Source: a virus. From it: a DNA stretch of 64,000 nt. Below are positions 9,301 through 19,620 of this stretch, in pieces. The translations under genes were made by a program, and so were the position numbers. The notes below the pieces were generated by a model. That model worked only from the letters and a program-made list of their open reading frames with translations, was not told the origin of the DNA and did not search any database. The DNA is taken from positions 1 through 64,000 of IMG/VR virus record IMGVR_UViG_3300033550_000002; one strand, 5' to 3'. Within the stretch, counting starts at the first letter, position 1. Every line of letters starts with the position of its first letter.

Positions 9301-11566
9301 CAAGGCCAGCGGTGTCGTGGAGCGCTCGACGGACGTGCTGAAGGAGAACACGGTCGCGATCGGCGAGCAGACGAAGCAGTGGCTGCTGGACACCGCGCAG
9401 GCCGCCGCCTCGTCCTCGAAGCTGGCTGACGGCAGCAAGCGGAGCCAGGAGGCGCTGAAGCAGCTCGGGGACACGAGTGTCGACGTCGGCGACGTGCTGA
9501 CCCGGTCTCTGGACGACCCGAAGGGTGCGACGAAGGAACTCGACGACGCAATCAAGCAGCTTGAGAAGACGATGGAGACCGAGGTCAAGGGCGGCATCAT
9601 GCTCAACTCGGGTCCCCAGCTCAACGAGACGGGTGAGGCCGCCCGGCGCGCCCGGGACTTCCTGGAGGCCCTGCGCGAGACCGTGGGGGCCCAGGAGAGC
9701 GAGCTGACGAAGAACGCCCTGGCGGCCGACCTCCTGAAGAACGCCCTGGACGACACGGGCAAGGCGGCCACCTCGATGAGCGGCAACGTCAAGCTGGGCC
9801 GCGAGTCGCTGGAGGAGCTGGACACCACCGCCGAGGCCGCGCAGACCGCGATCGACGAGCTGGCGAAGACCTTCGAAGGGTTCGGTACTCCGCTCACCGC
9901 ATTCAAGGCGGCGGCCGAATCGGCCTTCGAGGGCGCGGCCGACGCGGTCGGCCAGTTCTCGCTGAAGTCGAAGGGCGGCCTGGACGCCTACCTCAAGGAA
10001 CTGGACAAGATCTCCAAGGCGCAGCGTGACTGGTCGGCGAATCTGATCAAGATCGCCACCACGCTCGGGCCGGACGTCGCGGAGCAGTTCCGCAAGCTCG
10101 GTCCGGAGGCCGCGCCCGCCCTGGCCGAGCTGGTCGACCTGTCGGCCGAGGAGCTGGAGAAGCTGGGGCCGCGCCTGCGGGAGATCGGCTCGACGGCGAC
10201 CAGCGACCTGGCCGCCTCGATCATCGCGAACTCCGGCAAGGTGGAGAACGCCTCGATCCAGACCCGGAAGATCATCGCCGACGTCTTCGGTAACGCGATC
10301 GACGAGGCCAAGACCGCCGAGGACTTCGCCAAGGTCTCCAACCAGTACAAGCTGCTGGTGGAACAGCTCAACAAGTCGAAGATCAAGATCGACATCACGG
10401 CCGACCAGGCGAAGGCGCTCGACTCCCTCGACAAGGTCCGGGTCTTCATCGACCTGCTCAACACCAAGAGCATCAAGCCGGACGTGGCCATCGACATCGT
10501 CGGCGCGCTCGGTGACCTGACGAAGCTCCAGACCCTGATCGCGGAGGCCCAGGCGTCGGGCAAGCTCGACGCGACCGGCAAGGCGAAGCTGGACTCGATC
10601 CTCTTCCAGGCCCAGCTCACCCAGCTCTCGACCCTCGTGAAGGGTCTCCAGTCGCAGGGCCAGTTCGACGCCAACGGCAAGGCGAAGCTGGACGACACGG
10701 AGACGCGGACCAAGGTCGAAGAGCTGAAGGAGTTCCTGCGGAGCCAGGAGGGTCAGGGCCTGCTGAACCCGAAGGGCAAGGCACAGCTCAGCGACACCGA
10801 CTACCGCGCCCAGATGCAGGCGCTCGCCACCGCGATCCTCGGCAAGGAGGCGGCCGGGGCGTTCGACGTGAACGGCGACGGCATCCTGAGCGACGACGAG
10901 TTCCTGAAGCTGCTGCGGGGCCTGGAGGCAGCGACCCGGGCGACCAACCGGGGCAAGCTCGACGTCAAGGGCAAGGCCGACATGGCCAACTACCGGGGCT
11001 TCACCGGGACCCTCGACAACATGGTCCAGTACGCCTACGACTCCGGCCGCGCGATTTCGCGGAACCTCTCGACGAGCGCCACGGTCTCGGTGGGCTACTA
11101 CTACTACCAGAAGAACAGCCCCCCGGCGACGGCCTACGCGGCCAGCGGCGGCTGGATTCACGGGCCCGGCGGACCGACCTCGGACTCGATTCCGGCGATG
11201 CTCTCCGACGGCGAGTTCGTGGTGAACGCGGCAGCGGCCCGGCGCTTCGGTGCCCTGCTCCAGGTCATCAACGGGAGCGGCGGCCAGGGCATGGCCGGTG
11301 TGGCCCGGATGCTCGGGATGAACCAGGGGCCGAAGCTGCGCCCCATCCAGCTCGCGACCAACACGGGATCGGCGATGATGAACCGGGGCCTCGTGCAGCA
11401 GGCGACCCCGGAGCCGATCACGGCGACGGCCGGACCGTTCACGCCGCAGTCCTCCGGCGGCCCCCGGAACGTCTTCAACATCAACAACATGTACCCGCAG
11501 GCGGAGCCCACGTCGATGACCATCAACCGTTCGCTCGCCTACGCGGCCACGATCAGCGGGGTGTGA
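6326..11566 (+). CDS. tape measure protein
   Basis: 1746 aa Ala-rich helical protein with TP901-like core and C-terminal 'GGWIHGPGGPTSDSIPAMLSDGEFVVNA'. Confidence 0.95.
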   Translation: MATSFDATARINLDIRAFAQGAQAVTKQGGQMEKVFQNLNQVIGKVALVEDDLAKKLKASLTVYNQIISATKNYASAVQALSKNEQSGAKGAELMVKAFQQLRSALAQIAPLGEKEFQRIQRTIVLYERMAKVIQTLASAQKSMSSVTQNAITAEQKEAAARQKAAQAAAKQALDEQKLALAKERLAASTAASTQKMALEEQKLALAREKAAQAAQRSLTAEERTAQTRQRLVASNRQLDQSQVSVSSSTFALRNSIGQLEQGFQNLLNVVQKIPTAMASAAISQEQAFAQVARVVGEAEAASVGLLERFQEIAQSAPISFEEVARIGQLGAAIGVSEQNLGDFTDTIVKFSLTTGVASEEATILLGRIAQMQNVPISEIDQLGSAILALGTASAATDQEILRVNASIATVSNLFGLTAQETAGLSAALATLQVRPELSRGALTRVFNELTLAIADGGTELSKLGKVMNLTDEEVTRLFNNPAMRGEFLQQFIQGLSQFAGAGGDVQGVLRELGINAVRDIDVFSRLANNFDIVKESFERANTEFARGSELNRQSKGIYETTAAEIQNLSDAFQTLLANLGGPLAKALGGVASFIADEVLAPIAHLGPVIPILGTLVTVVTAAGAAWLIYQIALSKTISSMIAARELQKNLGVSTLNLRTAFKVFRGELDSTVAAETVMVNATRELAGTTQTLAGSLARSQAGMRAYAAAAESSALGLGTLSAATVAASRNMNTMFQAAATQRGVLTQLNTAGSATALAMTGISAANIKAADSQKRFADASGRFAGQTALAAGAVSGLNRSTVQTVPLLSGMSTNMQRAAQAGASLGSGFTVAGNAGRTAATAFTNVATTTTRVGLAARAASFAFGPWGLALTTIAILLGPMISDMAAFSSEGERIAASAMEATGGTQALANAIKADTETFKQTGQAYRTISISAKDMADATKRSAETARDSAKEQLRAIELVKGSSAELDKQAQGHDEGAQAASRYLREIDKASGVVERSTDVLKENTVAIGEQTKQWLLDTAQAAASSSKLADGSKRSQEALKQLGDTSVDVGDVLTRSLDDPKGATKELDDAIKQLEKTMETEVKGGIMLNSGPQLNETGEAARRARDFLEALRETVGAQESELTKNALAADLLKNALDDTGKAATSMSGNVKLGRESLEELDTTAEAAQTAIDELAKTFEGFGTPLTAFKAAAESAFEGAADAVGQFSLKSKGGLDAYLKELDKISKAQRDWSANLIKIATTLGPDVAEQFRKLGPEAAPALAELVDLSAEELEKLGPRLREIGSTATSDLAASIIANSGKVENASIQTRKIIADVFGNAIDEAKTAEDFAKVSNQYKLLVEQLNKSKIKIDITADQAKALDSLDKVRVFIDLLNTKSIKPDVAIDIVGALGDLTKLQTLIAEAQASGKLDATGKAKLDSILFQAQLTQLSTLVKGLQSQGQFDANGKAKLDDTETRTKVEELKEFLRSQEGQGLLNPKGKAQLSDTDYRAQMQALATAILGKEAAGAFDVNGDGILSDDEFLKLLRGLEAATRATNRGKLDVKGKADMANYRGFTGTLDNMVQYAYDSGRAISRNLSTSATVSVGYYYYQKNSPPATAYAASGGWIHGPGGPTSDSIPAMLSDGEFVVNAAAARRFGALLQVINGSGGQGMAGVARMLGMNQGPKLRPIQLATNTGSAMMNRGLVQQATPEPITATAGPFTPQSSGGPRNVFNINNMYPQAEPTSMTINRSLAYAATISGV

Positions 11567-11567
11567 G

Positions 11568-12410
11568 ATGGCGACCGCGTACTCGATCAACGGTTTCCTG
11601 ATCGGCGGCAACGCCGTCAGCACGGGCATCTACCTGATGGAGGGGACGGAGTACGCCCCGGCGCTCGCCCCGCGCCGTGCGGTCATCGAGGTGCCGAACA
11701 CGCACTACGCGATCCCCCAGTGGAACGACCCGCTCACCCAGATCACGATCGCCCTGAAGGTCCGCGTCTCCGGCTCCGACGCGGAGGACGCCGCCTCGCG
11801 GTGGAACACCCTGATGGGCCTGCTGGGGATGGGCACGAATCAGCCCATCACGCTCACCCGGCACCGGGGGTCCATCAGCGAGACCTGCGAGGCGCAGCTC
11901 GTCTCGATGGCGTCCCCCGACTTCTCGTGCCCGACGAGCCGGATCGACGCCACGATCATCTTCAGCTCCCCGCTGGGTGCCTGGCGGGGGCCGCAGACCG
12001 ACGTCGTCTTCTTCAACGGCGCGTCCAACACGCTTCCGAACGCACTCCTCTCCACGCTCCCCATCGCGGATTCCCTGCTGCTCCTGAAGGGTCCCTGCAC
12101 GTCTTTCGAGGTGACCGACAACACCTCCGACACCACCATCTTCTGGGGCGACGGAAGCTCGACGGTCAACTCCAGTCAGTGGCTCCTGATCGACCCCCGG
12201 TACATGCGCGCCCTCATCAAGACCTCTGCCAGCTTCAGCTTTTCGAGCGGTACCAACGTGACGGGTGCCCTCGAATTCCGGGACAACGGACCCCTCACCT
12301 TCACGTCACGCGGCTCCGGCGCTTTCGGGAACAGGACGGGCACTTTTGCCGTTACCACTGCTGGAGGAAACGCAGGAGTGACAGTCCGATCCCAGTACGC
12401 GGTGGTGTGA
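11568..12410 (+). CDS. distal tail protein (Dit-like)
   Basis: 280 aa immediately after the TMP. Confidence 0.65.
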   Translation: MATAYSINGFLIGGNAVSTGIYLMEGTEYAPALAPRRAVIEVPNTHYAIPQWNDPLTQITIALKVRVSGSDAEDAASRWNTLMGLLGMGTNQPITLTRHRGSISETCEAQLVSMASPDFSCPTSRIDATIIFSSPLGAWRGPQTDVVFFNGASNTLPNALLSTLPIADSLLLLKGPCTSFEVTDNTSDTTIFWGDGSSTVNSSQWLLIDPRYMRALIKTSASFSFSSGTNVTGALEFRDNGPLTFTSRGSGAFGNRTGTFAVTTAGGNAGVTVRSQYAVV

Positions 12411-12411
12411 G

Positions 12412-15400
12412 ATGAGCGAGAACACGCTTCGGGTCCGATTCCGTGCGTACGCGCCGAACGGCGCTGCCATCGGCATACTGCCGCACCCGCTTTCCTGGGA
12501 AGCCGGTCTTCCCTTCAACGACATGTCGTCGCTGACGATGACGTACCCCGACGGCTCGGAAGCGGCGGAACTTCTCAAAACTCCGTGTGAAGTCGCACTG
12601 GAACTCCAGAATCCGAAGACCGGAAACTACAACGAGTACGCCGGGTGCCGGTTCATCAACATCAAGCGTTCCGCGAACCTGGCCCAGCGACCCCGCGTTC
12701 TCTCCTTCACGATGCCTTCCTACGGGTGGCAGCTCAAGAAGGTCCGCTGGCTCAGCAAGGATAATTCCCGGCTAAACAAGGAAAACCGGATCGTCTACAA
12801 GACGAACGTCGGTCCGGGGCAGATTCTGAAGGATGTGCTGGACGAGTCCAAGGACCGGCAGAACATCCCCGGAATGTCCTACACCTTCAATGGCTCGGTC
12901 GACTCCGCAGGTGCGGCCTGGACGACGCTCGTCTCCGGCGACTACGACCTCGGCCAGGACGCCTGGTCGGTGATCGACGCGTTCGCCCGTCAGGGCATCG
13001 CCGACTGGTGGTTCAACCAGCGCGAGTTCGAAATCTTCCGGCCGGACACCGTCCTGCGGCGCACGCTCGACACCGACACCGGCATCAACATCCACTCCAT
13101 GCTGGCCACGTCCGAGGAGCCGGTGGAGCGGACGTGGGAGGAGAACGCGGGCAGCCTCCTGGTCATCGGCGACACCCGCACGAGCAGGCTCCTCACGGCC
13201 AGCCCGGCCGCCGACCTCCCCTGGGGCCCCTGGGACGAGGCGTTCTCGGCCTCGGGTGTCACGAACAGCAGCTACCTCCAGATCATCGGCACGCGGATGC
13301 TCCAGACGAAGTACAAGTCCAGGGCGCAGTTCACCAAGCGCCTGATCTGGACGGAGGGGGCACCGGTACCACTGGCCGAGTACCGGCAGGGCGACTACAT
13401 CCGCGCGATGGACGACACCGGGTCGCAGAAGGCGTCCATGCGCATCCATCAGATCACCCTCTCGGGGGTCGATCCGTACGGCGTCTCCATCGCGCTCACG
13501 CTGAACGACCGGTTCACCGACCGGGCCCTCCAGACGGAGCGCTGGGTCAGCCGCATCACGGGCGGCGGAGGGCCCGTGGGCGGCGGCGGAACGGGGGCCG
13601 GGCAGTCCAAGCCGCCGCCGCCCGCACAGGACAGCACGCCGCCGAAGGTGCCCGTCGCACCGGCCGTGCAGAACACGCCGTACTTCTCCGACCTCGGAGA
13701 GCCGGTGGCGATGGCGGACGTCTCGTTCGAGGTCGTCACCGAGGACATTCTGGACAACGACATCGAGGTGGTCCGCTACAACGTCGCGGCCCGCCGGTCG
13801 GACCACAACTTCCAGCAGGCCCGCGTCGTCCAGGTTCCGCAGCCCGCGTCGCCCTCGACCGGCCAGCGCATCCACGGATTCGTCCCCCTGCTGGACTCCG
13901 GCTTCACGTACTACTTCTCGGTGCAGGCGATCCGCCTGAGTGGCTACACCTCGGACTGGACTTCCGAGGTCGCCCAGGTGATGGCGTACCCGAACGAGGC
14001 ACCCGAGATCCCGTCGGCACCCATCCTGTCCTCGAAGCTGAGCACGGTGAAGGCCGAGTGGAACGGCCTGGACGAGAACGGCCTGCCGTACGAGGCGTCG
14101 TTCCGCGAGATCCAGGTCGAGGCGTCCACGAACAACTCCACCTGGTTCCACGTCGGCGACATCTTCTCCCCCGGCTCCTCCGTCATCCTGTCGGGCAAGG
14201 GCGGGCTTCCCACCTGGAACGTCGGGAACACGGTCTACGTGCGCTTCCGGGCCCGGAACAGCGCGGCGGTCATCTCGGCACCCGGAGCCACCGCCTCGAC
14301 CGTCGTCCTGGGTGTCTCCGGCCCGGACATCGCCGCGAACACCATCACGGCGAACAACATCGCCGCCGGTACGATCACCGCCGAGAAGATCAAGGCCCAC
14401 AGCCTCTCGGTCGACGTGCTGGCCGTCGGCAACCCGAGCAATCTGTTCATCGACCCGGGCATGAACTCGGCGACGCTCAACGCCTTCCGCATCCAGACCG
14501 CCCAGAACTCCTCGGCGAGTGCGAACGTCTGGAGCGTGACGTCGGCGGGCAACATCCGCTTCGACCACAACTACACGGCGACGAACAACTACAGCCGGTT
14601 CAACCTGGTCAACAACGTCAACCTGGACTTCCCCACACAGGACTTCCCCGGGCCGACGGTGCCGAACGTGGAGTACCTGACCCCGGTCATCCGGCCGAAC
14701 TCGGCCGACGGCACGGCGGGCAACATCAAGGGGCGGATGACCATCACGGTCACCGGCTGGCCCGCGAGCCCCGGCAGCGCCTTCCTCTCCGTGGCCATCC
14801 TGCAACGCCAGTTCACGCGGAACGGCGTGAGTACGCAGTTCGCCGGAGTCATCCGGCAGGATTTCCAGATCACCGCGAACGGAACCTTCGTCGTCGAGTC
14901 GGTCAACGGTTCGGAAATTCCTGCCGACGTCGTCGGCATCATTCCGTACATCTACATCCGGTCCGAGAACAGCGTTTCTCCGAACGTGGCGATCGAATTC
15001 TCCGACATCGAGATCTGGCAGGAGAACTCGGTATTCATCGGTGACGGCCGGATCACCGCTCCGCTCATCCAGGCGGACGCCATCGACGTCAACCGGCTCC
15101 GCGCGGACGCGATCACCTCGAAGCACTCGATCCGCTCCGCGTACTACGAGATGGTCAGCCAGTCGGGCGCGGTCACGATCAAGATCACGGAGAACGCCAA
15201 CTTCTCCGGCCAGTCGGGCATCCGATGGGACGGCCTGATCCCTGCCGGAGGCTCCGGCCCCCGTATCTTCCAGGTGGACTCCGGCGGCTCCGGCGGATGG
15301 GACGCACGAGGGTTCGTCCTCTGCGGCCCCGAGCAGGTGACGAACTCCTCCGGCCGCGTCGACCTCCAGTTCGCGTACGGGATCGCGAACACCTACATGA

Positions 15401-15729
15401 AGCGGAGCTACGGCAGCGAGACCTTCGCCGTGCAGGGCATCTTCTGGGACACCTCGGTCGCCCGCTTCCGCATCGGCGGCATGTTCAACACGGGTCACTT
15501 CACGAACGACATGATCCGCTTCGACCGGCTGTCGTTCCAGAACGGCACGTACACCTACGGTGCCATCACCACGCGGCAGTACTACCCCATCCTCTGCCCG
15601 AACGCCAGCTCCACCCCGGTCACCTCGTCCATCCAGGATTTCCCGAATGGAACCACGAACGGCTTCCGGTACGTTTCCAGTGCAGGAACCGATGAGGTTT
15701 TCTTCATCCTCTGCTGCGGAACCCCGTGA
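12412..15729 (+). CDS. minor tail / central fibre (hub + FN3-like + receptor-binding domains)
   Basis: 1105 aa; Gly linker; FN3-like 'GFTYYFSVQAI...SDWT'; 'IAANTITANNIAAGTITAEKI' tail repeats. Confidence 0.8.
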   Translation: MSENTLRVRFRAYAPNGAAIGILPHPLSWEAGLPFNDMSSLTMTYPDGSEAAELLKTPCEVALELQNPKTGNYNEYAGCRFINIKRSANLAQRPRVLSFTMPSYGWQLKKVRWLSKDNSRLNKENRIVYKTNVGPGQILKDVLDESKDRQNIPGMSYTFNGSVDSAGAAWTTLVSGDYDLGQDAWSVIDAFARQGIADWWFNQREFEIFRPDTVLRRTLDTDTGINIHSMLATSEEPVERTWEENAGSLLVIGDTRTSRLLTASPAADLPWGPWDEAFSASGVTNSSYLQIIGTRMLQTKYKSRAQFTKRLIWTEGAPVPLAEYRQGDYIRAMDDTGSQKASMRIHQITLSGVDPYGVSIALTLNDRFTDRALQTERWVSRITGGGGPVGGGGTGAGQSKPPPPAQDSTPPKVPVAPAVQNTPYFSDLGEPVAMADVSFEVVTEDILDNDIEVVRYNVAARRSDHNFQQARVVQVPQPASPSTGQRIHGFVPLLDSGFTYYFSVQAIRLSGYTSDWTSEVAQVMAYPNEAPEIPSAPILSSKLSTVKAEWNGLDENGLPYEASFREIQVEASTNNSTWFHVGDIFSPGSSVILSGKGGLPTWNVGNTVYVRFRARNSAAVISAPGATASTVVLGVSGPDIAANTITANNIAAGTITAEKIKAHSLSVDVLAVGNPSNLFIDPGMNSATLNAFRIQTAQNSSASANVWSVTSAGNIRFDHNYTATNNYSRFNLVNNVNLDFPTQDFPGPTVPNVEYLTPVIRPNSADGTAGNIKGRMTITVTGWPASPGSAFLSVAILQRQFTRNGVSTQFAGVIRQDFQITANGTFVVESVNGSEIPADVVGIIPYIYIRSENSVSPNVAIEFSDIEIWQENSVFIGDGRITAPLIQADAIDVNRLRADAITSKHSIRSAYYEMVSQSGAVTIKITENANFSGQSGIRWDGLIPAGGSGPRIFQVDSGGSGGWDARGFVLCGPEQVTNSSGRVDLQFAYGIANTYMKRSYGSETFAVQGIFWDTSVARFRIGGMFNTGHFTNDMIRFDRLSFQNGTYTYGAITTRQYYPILCPNASSTPVTSSIQDFPNGTTNGFRYVSSAGTDEVFFILCCGTP

Positions 15730-15735
15730 GGAACC

Positions 15736-16497
15736 ATGCCTGAAATCGAAGTGATCCGGCACGTCGTCCGGCCGCACCAGCACCGCAAGTCCGAGGAGTA
15801 CGACCCCTCCCAGGACATGCTGATCATCGTGCACAAGAACCCCAACGACCCTGACGATCCGACGGAGTTCGGGCACCACATGCGGATGGAAGGGCTGTCG
15901 TACCGCAAGGAGATGCTGGGCCTGGCCGAGTACGCGGACGTGATCGACCAGGAGATCCGGGACCTGGAGCGTTTCTACTTCTGGGACGCCCAGAAACATG
16001 CCGGGGCTCACCCGCTCGCGGACATCACCGAGCACTACTTCGAAGGCCCCCCGGAGCGCATGAGGAGCTTCGCGCCGGACTACCTGCTCGACCAGGCCGA
16101 CCAGCTCTCCGCCGTCGGGCGCATGACGACGGACGCCGCGATGCACATGGCGGCCGACGTCGTCCTCTCGGGCATCGCGGACGTCCGGAACTGCCTGGCG
16201 GCCAAGGAGGGGATGAAGTTCGCCTGCCGTGGCATGACGGGCCTCTCGCAGGACAGCGCGGAGAAGCGCGGCGTCGCGGTGGAGAGGATGGCCGCAGAGT
16301 CCTCGGGGGTGACCCTGAAGTCCACCAAGGGTCTCGACGACGTACGCCAGCTCCTGACCGACCGGGGTCACGAACTGGAGCCCAGCCGTGAGCGCTTCGT
16401 GGGGCACGCGCTCATGGAGTCCAATGTGCCCGCCCTGATGATGACCCGCGTGAAGCAGGCCGTCGAACGTCGCACCGGAAGGAAGCTCCCTTCATGA
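15736..16497 (+). CDS. hypothetical protein (tail module)
   Basis: 253 aa, GAGG RBS, GC3-biased. Confidence 0.6.
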   Translation: MPEIEVIRHVVRPHQHRKSEEYDPSQDMLIIVHKNPNDPDDPTEFGHHMRMEGLSYRKEMLGLAEYADVIDQEIRDLERFYFWDAQKHAGAHPLADITEHYFEGPPERMRSFAPDYLLDQADQLSAVGRMTTDAAMHMAADVVLSGIADVRNCLAAKEGMKFACRGMTGLSQDSAEKRGVAVERMAAESSGVTLKSTKGLDDVRQLLTDRGHELEPSRERFVGHALMESNVPALMMTRVKQAVERRTGRKLPS

Positions 16498-16733
16498 GCA
16501 CCCCCGTCAACCTGGCCTCCGTCTCGTCGGACGACGTGATCTCGTCGTACCGCGAGCAGCTTGCCGACGCGCACCACCAGATCGCGGTGCTGACCGCCCA
16601 GCTCTCCAAGGCCATTCAGATCATGAGGCAGGACCAGCAGAATGAGCTGGCCATGCAGACCGGAGACCGAGGAGAGACCGATGGCCGTAACACAGGTACC
16701 GCCCAGCGGCTGGATGCCCAGTCTGACGGGTGA
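16494..16733 (+). CDS. small coiled-coil protein
   Basis: ATGA overlap; 'YREQLADAHHQIAVLTAQL'. Confidence 0.55.
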   Translation: MSTPVNLASVSSDDVISSYREQLADAHHQIAVLTAQLSKAIQIMRQDQQNELAMQTGDRGETDGRNTGTAQRLDAQSDG

Positions 16734-17112
16734 CGTCCAGGCTCCGGCCGGAGCGTCGAGCGTGGGCGGGGTCCGGCTGACCGTGGCCTGGTCGGCGGAC
16801 CCGGTCGTCCTCGACGCCACGGTTCACCTCGGCGGCGTCGCGTTCACCAGCATGGGCGAGGCGCAGGCCAGCGGGAACGACCGGGTCTGGAGCTTCTACG
16901 GCCCCTCCCAGGTCGCTCCGGCGGCCGTCGCGGCCGGACTGTCCCAGGTGTCGAACGAGATGACGCCGGGCACCACGCTGACCGTCACCGCCGAGGGCGT
17001 GCAGCAGTTCTCGCCGGAGGGCGGCCTGGTTCCGGCGGGCGACCCGGTCGAGCTGGGCGTGCTCGAAGTCGTCACCTGGGAGGAGTGGCGGCGGCTCAAC
17101 GGCGGGGACTGA
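16681..17112 (+). CDS. hypothetical protein
   Basis: GAGGAGA RBS before ATG at 16681. Confidence 0.55.
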   Translation: MAVTQVPPSGWMPSLTGDVQAPAGASSVGGVRLTVAWSADPVVLDATVHLGGVAFTSMGEAQASGNDRVWSFYGPSQVAPAAVAAGLSQVSNEMTPGTTLTVTAEGVQQFSPEGGLVPAGDPVELGVLEVVTWEEWRRLNGGD

Positions 17113-17611
17113 CCGGCAGCCCGCCCTTCGGGTACGCCGCCCGCAGGACCGGCAGGTAGTGGCGCTTGAACAGGAGCGTCACGGCGTGCCGGAGCGAGTC
17201 GCGCACGTGCCGCTGGTGGTGCTGGTGCCCGAGGTGGAGCCCCAGCGCCTCCAGGTGCTCGTCGGCGACCGTGTGCTTGGCTTCGCCGGGGAGCTGCGTG
17301 ACCACCTCGTGGAAGATCGAGCGGTCGTAAAGCATCTGCTCGATCCCGCCGATCACCCGGAGCGCCGTGGTGTCGGTCGACGCGGCCTCCGGGGTATTGC
17401 GGATGTGGAAGTCCTCGTACACGAGGATGTGCTTGCCGGGGTAGTCCAGCGTCCACTCGATGAGCTGCTGGGTCGGCGGGGCCTCCTTCGGTGCCTCGTA
17501 GGGGATCGTGGAGTAGTCCAGCAGCTTGAACTCCTCGGGCTGGACGTGCAGCAGGCTCAGGCCGCTGTCGCCGCCGGGGTCGACGGCGTGCAGGAAGTAG
17601 TCGTGAATCAT
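17096..17611 (-). CDS. RuvC-like Holliday junction resolvase
   Basis: 'AVDPGGDSG', 'VYEDF', 'HVRDSLRH' RNase H-fold acidic residues. Confidence 0.75.
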   Translation of the reverse strand: MIHDYFLHAVDPGGDSGLSLLHVQPEEFKLLDYSTIPYEAPKEAPPTQQLIEWTLDYPGKHILVYEDFHIRNTPEAASTDTTALRVIGGIEQMLYDRSIFHEVVTQLPGEAKHTVADEHLEALGLHLGHQHHQRHVRDSLRHAVTLLFKRHYLPVLRAAYPKGGLPVSPRR

Positions 17612-17654
17612 GCGCCGATTCTACGCTTTTTCATGACGACTTCCTGCGTTTCCG

Positions 17655-19607
17655 TCAATCCTGGTAGCACCCGATCCAGCTCTGCGAGGCGGGGGACACG
17701 CCACAGGTGATCGGGACGCCCTGGAAGGTGGTGGTGAGCGCGTCCATGGCCCGCTGGCCGATCTCCTCCACGCGGTCCACGGGCACCTCCAGCACGATCT
17801 CGTCGTGGATGACCAGGCAGAGCATGGACAACGTCTCGGGGTCCATGCGGAGCAGGCCGTCGCACAGGAGGTCGCGGGTCGTCGACTGGCCGATCTGAGC
17901 CGGGGCCTGCGTGTACTCCTGGCCGGGGATGACACGCAGCGGGCGGCCCCACTTGCTGGCCACGAGCCCGGTCCGCACGGCGCGCTTGCGGATCTGGTCG
18001 CGCCAGCGGCACAGCACCGGAAAGGCCCGCTTCATCCCCTCGTCGAACTGCGTGGTGATCTCCAGCGACAGACCCGTCAGGGCGCTCGCCCCGGCCGGGC
18101 CCTGGCCGTAGTTCCAGGCGTGCGTGATCGCCTTGGCCTTCTTGCGGGACTCGTCGGAGCGGTCACCGAAGACGCGGAACGCGACCTCGCGGTGCATGTC
18201 CATCCCGGGGCGGGCGAGCTTCATGTACTCCGGGTCCTTGCACCATCCGGCGATGGCGCGGGCGTCGACCTGGTCGAGGTCGATCGCGATGAACACGTAC
18301 CCCTCGCGCGCCTTGAACATCGCTCGCTGAGCGAGCGCCGCCCCCCGCTTGCCGATGTTCGTGACCGACGGCTCGATGTGCGCCCAGCGACCGGACGCCT
18401 GGATGTCGCCGATGCGGGCGTGCACCCGGCCGTCGGGGCAGATGTTCTTCAGCACCTCCTCGGCCTTCGCGTTGGCCGAGGTGACCTGGATCGCGGCTTC
18501 GCACAGCTCGATCACGGCCGGGTTGTCGGCGTACTTGCGCATCAGGCCCGGCACGGACTCCTTGCCGCGCAGCCACGCCTCGCGCCCCAGCGCGTGCCTG
18601 GACAGGGCGAGGGAGCCCTTGAGGGTGTACGGGATGTCGCGGTCGCGGACGCCCGCCTCGCGCAGCGCCGCCTCGAACGCCGTCTTCCCCTCGGTCGTCA
18701 TGAGCGGAGAGGAGCTGATCGGCTTGACGCGCTTCTTGTAGCCGGTCCGCAGGTCGGGGCACGGCCGGTCGTACAGGTACTCGTACAGGTGCCGGATGCG
18801 CTTGCCCCGCTTCGTGGTGCGCGGGATGCGGACCTCGACCTCTTCCAGCCAGGTGATCTGGGACTCCGGGAGCGGGACCCCGGCCTTCTCGTGCAGGAAG
18901 GCGTAGGCGTTCAGGCGCTGGTTCTCAGTCGCCTCGACCTGCCGGTGAACCTCTTCGAGGTCGACACCCAGGCCCTTCATGTACATGCCGTTCTGGATGG
19001 CCGCGATGGCGACCTCGCGCCGGACGACACCGATCAGCCCCTTCGAGCGGGCCCGGCGGCCCAGCTCGAAGTAGACGGAGCGGGAGACCTCCAGGTCTCC
19101 ACAGAGGTAGGAGCGGTAGTCCGGGTCGTCGAGCGGGATGCGGTCCAGGCCGCCGTGCAGCGCCGCCAGACGCATGATGTCGTCGGTCTTGCCGCTCAGC
19201 CCGTAGCGCGCGGCGGTCGCGTTCAGGGAGTAGCCGATGCGCAGATCTGCGGGCTCCAGGCCCTTGTTCCGCAGCGCGTTCATGTTCAGCGCGACGCCGG
19301 GTCTCAGCTTCGGGTACGGAGGGTTGACGCTCCGCTCTCCCACGAGGGTGTCGACGCACTTGGCCGCGAGCTTCCAGTAGTCGGCCCCGCAGTGGACGGC
19401 CAGGGCGATCAGGTCGAAGCCCAGGATGTTGTGGCCGTAGATCACGTCGCTCGCGTACAGGACGTCGAGGAGTTCCTGCGGGTCGGTGGACACCTGCGGC
19501 TCTCCGCCGTCGGTGACCCAGCCGACCAGCCGGACGAAAGGTCCCTGGTGGCCGCCACGGTAGATCAGGTCCGCGTCGGCCGTCTCGATGTCGAATCCGG
19601 TGATCAC
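17655..19607 (-). CDS. polA: DNA polymerase family A with 3'-5' exonuclease
   Basis: ExoI 'FDIET', ExoII 'GHNILGFD'; motif A 'IDLDQVDAR', motif B 'RKKAKAITHAWNYG', motif C 'IHDEIV'. Confidence 0.92.
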   Translation of the reverse strand: MITGFDIETADADLIYRGGHQGPFVRLVGWVTDGGEPQVSTDPQELLDVLYASDVIYGHNILGFDLIALAVHCGADYWKLAAKCVDTLVGERSVNPPYPKLRPGVALNMNALRNKGLEPADLRIGYSLNATAARYGLSGKTDDIMRLAALHGGLDRIPLDDPDYRSYLCGDLEVSRSVYFELGRRARSKGLIGVVRREVAIAAIQNGMYMKGLGVDLEEVHRQVEATENQRLNAYAFLHEKAGVPLPESQITWLEEVEVRIPRTTKRGKRIRHLYEYLYDRPCPDLRTGYKKRVKPISSSPLMTTEGKTAFEAALREAGVRDRDIPYTLKGSLALSRHALGREAWLRGKESVPGLMRKYADNPAVIELCEAAIQVTSANAKAEEVLKNICPDGRVHARIGDIQASGRWAHIEPSVTNIGKRGAALAQRAMFKAREGYVFIAIDLDQVDARAIAGWCKDPEYMKLARPGMDMHREVAFRVFGDRSDESRKKAKAITHAWNYGQGPAGASALTGLSLEITTQFDEGMKRAFPVLCRWRDQIRKRAVRTGLVASKWGRPLRVIPGQEYTQAPAQIGQSTTRDLLCDGLLRMDPETLSMLCLVIHDEIVLEVPVDRVEEIGQRAMDALTTTFQGVPITCGVSPASQSWIGCYQD

Positions 19608-19620
19608 CCTTCTCCCCCTC

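Noticed and set aside
5813-16407. Very long - strand ORFs opposite the TMP and tail genes (775-1211 aa), and similar + strand ORFs opposite early genes
   Set aside because: Antisense shadows of GC3-rich genes; no motifs or RBS.
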